DNA from: Tubulanus polymorphus
Taxonomy: Eukaryota > Animalia > Nemertea
Length of the DNA stretch: 64,000 bases
Assembly (NCBI RefSeq): GCF_964204645.1
Contig: NC_134029.1
Coordinates: 4,154,001-4,218,000 of the forward strand
Direction of reading: 5' to 3'
Below are positions 62,419 through 64,000 of the stretch, piece by piece. Under the pieces are notes generated by a model, which searched no databases, was not told the DNA's origin, and saw only the letters and a list, made by a program, of their open reading frames with translations. How positions within the stretch are numbered: position 1 is the first letter of the stretch; each line of letters starts with the position of its first letter. The position numbers and the translations under genes are program-made.

Positions 62419-62538
62419 GCGCAGTCAGCGGATAAAACTAAAGCGGAAAAGACGCGCACGACGTCGACATCTAAAACGACGACCACAACCGGCGGTAAAA
62501 AAATCGACAACAAAACTACTGAAAAACCGGCGAAATAA
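48494..62538 (+). CDS. LARP1: La-related protein 1 (La motif, PAM2, DM15)
   Basis: Exons 48494-48860, 50271-50329, (50719-50778), 51659-51712, 52023-52221, 54660-54818, 55334-55504, 56167-56356, 56900-57044, 57397-57574, 58140-58461, 58703-58913, 59168-59309, 59906-60033, 60125-60237, 60569-60708, 61145-61289, 61388-61622, 62071-62538. Motifs: [30 protein letters not shown] box, La motif [24 protein letters not shown]2 [13 protein letters not shown]15 [12 protein letters not shown]...[15 protein letters not shown]. Confidence 0.95.
51019..51074. repeat. (AT)n microsatellite
   Basis: Uninterrupted AT run. Confidence 0.98.
54165..54340. repeat. Dispersed repeat, also present at ~63720-63850
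   Basis: Shared GGTTAGAGTTAA(T/C)CAGTGGATAG(T/C)TGACATA..GACAATTAAAAGTTT..TG block. Confidence 0.65.
54847..55053 (+). ncRNA. H/ACA-box snoRNA/scaRNA candidate, copy 1 (LARP1 intron)
   Basis: 207 nt; hairpin CTTCCA..TGGAAG, H box AGATGA (54955), second hairpin AACAA..TTGTT, ACA + 3 nt. Confidence 0.7.
56485..56569 (+). ncRNA. C/D-box snoRNA candidate, copy 1
   Basis: Terminal stem GACAT/ATGTC, C-like AGGATGA, D' CTGA, C'-like AGGATGA, guide GGGATCAACCAA, D CTGA. Confidence 0.8.
56719..56807 (+). ncRNA. C/D-box snoRNA candidate, copy 2
   Basis: Same architecture; ends ~92 nt upstream of the 3' splice site at 56899. Confidence 0.75.
57863..58069 (+). ncRNA. H/ACA-box snoRNA/scaRNA candidate, copy 2
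   Basis: 207 nt, near-identical to copy 1; H box AGATAA (still ANANNA); ACA + 3 nt. Confidence 0.7.
58961..59045 (+). ncRNA. C/D-box snoRNA candidate, copy 3
   Basis: GACAT..AGGATGA..CTGA..AGGATGA..GGGATCAACCAACTGA ATGTC; flanks unrelated to the other copies. Confidence 0.8.
59388..59472. repeat. ~43-bp tandem duplication
   Basis: ACACAGAGCTGCCAACTGTTCTAGATTTTCACTATTTGATCT twice. Confidence 0.9.
59736..59822 (+). ncRNA. C/D-box snoRNA candidate, copy 4
   Basis: Same architecture; ends ~83 nt upstream of the 3' splice site at 59905. Confidence 0.8.
60752..60958 (+). ncRNA. H/ACA-box snoRNA/scaRNA candidate, copy 3
   Basis: 207 nt, near-identical to copies 1 and 2; similarity stops just after ACA + 3 nt. 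Confidence 0.7.
61710..61918. mobile_element. Copy of the CAGGGTGGCCAC MITE family in the last LARP1 intron
   Basis: CAGGGTGGCCACTTAATGGAAATCAGG...CTAGTCAAATCAAAGTAGCCACT. Confidence 0.65.
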
Positions 62539-64000
62539 ATCGACATCCCGACTGACGAACTGAAATTCCAGCTCTTCCGCGAATGAGAATAAATTAGTCG
62601 ACGGTTCTTCTTTCGAACTATTTGAACGGACGTGATTGTTGTTGTTTCGCTAATTAGTACGACGATGCACGATCGGCGTAAATCGCGGTGACCCTTTCTT
62701 CACGCGTCGTGTCGCGTGCGGCGCGCCGGTGGCAGACGGGTCGTCGACTCCGCGCGTTCCGGTCGACATCGACGATCAGTGAAGAAAGGGTTAATTTGAA
62801 TGAAGAGAACGACGAATATATTCGAGTATATATATATCATAATCGATACCGATTGAAAGTTTACCGATTCAGATTCGACTGCGTTCGATCCACAGGTGGC
62901 GCTGCTTCATTAACATCCGGGAAACGAATCAAAACCACGCGGGGCATTTATGCGCGATACGACGAGGACTAAAACGTCACACACGCAGTCGACTGCCAGT
63001 ACAATACATACATAACGTGCTTTGTTTTATTCACCGTATTAATGTTGATATATTATACGAAAAAAAAACAGATGAATTATTGGTGACACCGAAATAAACC
63101 CCTTCAATATTGTGATATTATCATAATTATATATATAAAGATATAAGTAACACTGATTATAATAATAATAGTAATGATTGATGTCGGGAAGATGAATTTT
63201 ATGCCTGTTAAATTATTTTTGCAGAGATAACGATAACGTTGTGTACCTACCCTTGATACGTACGTAATATGATGATGATAACAAACACTGATTATCTCGA
63301 GAGCTGATATTAACGTTTAATATGTACCTATTCGTTCTCGTGTTGTCGCCGTCGTGCAAAAACGATGATGAAAATGTTTTATTTTTTGCTCGCAGGGATT
63401 TTTCGTCGATGAAAATAATGATATCTATATTATACATATATGAATATATTATACACACGCAAATAGGTGTTTGTAACGTATAATGATAATGCATTGTAAA
63501 ACGTATGTGTTTGAAAGCTTTTGAGACGATATTTAAAGCGTAACATATCTTAACTGTGAAATGATTGTTACTGTCCTGATAACTAATGTCTATTCGGGGT
63601 CTTGACGGTTGTATTCATCGCTGCTATGTACGCGTTATGAGGCAATAGTGCTATCGCCCGACGGCGCGGATTTCGTTTTAGTTCAAATGGTCGCGAATAA
63701 TGAGATTTTGTTGATTACGTATAGTTGACCGGAGACCAGTTGGTTAGAGTTAACCAGTGGATAGCTGACATACCGACAATTAAAAGTTTGTTGTTACTTT
63801 GGTACTTATCCGCCAGTTAGCTGAAAATAACTTCTAAGCAACTGGCCATGGTTCGTTATACCGTTAATTATTTTACAGAAGGGCCAAAAGTAATTAGGAT
63901 TAATTAAGGTGTTAGTACGTGGACACCTGTTGAAATGATATGATGATTTAAGGCTGTGAATTCACTAGTGCTTAGTTTTTACTGGTGACTAGTAGGTCGT

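Noticed and set aside
62057-62563. 168-aa overlapping alternative-frame ORF in the last LARP1 exon
   Set aside because: Low-complexity Ser/Thr-rich exon is open in a second frame by composition; splice phase supports the 62071-62538 frame.

Overview
Eukaryotic, AT-rich, compact-intron genomic DNA from an invertebrate metazoan; the species cannot be determined from the sequence. Eight spliced protein-coding genes were reconstructed by hand: KATNAL2 (+, 5' end outside the window), GNPDA (-), a divergent and a canonical group-I nucleoside diphosphate kinase in tandem (-), a RING-containing brat (TRIM-NHL; +) with an ~11.5 kb first intron and an apparent ~12 kb 3' UTR, a stand-alone Maf/ASMTL-N pyrophosphatase (-), ABHD18 (+) and LARP1 (+). 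The main signals not shown by the ORF track are as follows. (1) ABHD18 carries two paralogous 139-nt exons that each encode the catalytic GxSxG motif and must be mutually exclusive. They are separated by a densely self-complementary intron and lie just downstream of a U12-type intron. (2) LARP1 introns host four copies of a C/D-box snoRNA-like RNA whose D guide is complementary to the extreme 5' end of 18S rRNA, plus three copies of a 207-nt H/ACA-like RNA. (3) The ABHD18->LARP1 order matches human ABHD18->LARP1B. Several MITE families and microsatellites are also present. All exon boundaries and RNA structures were read by eye, with no alignments or folding runs.
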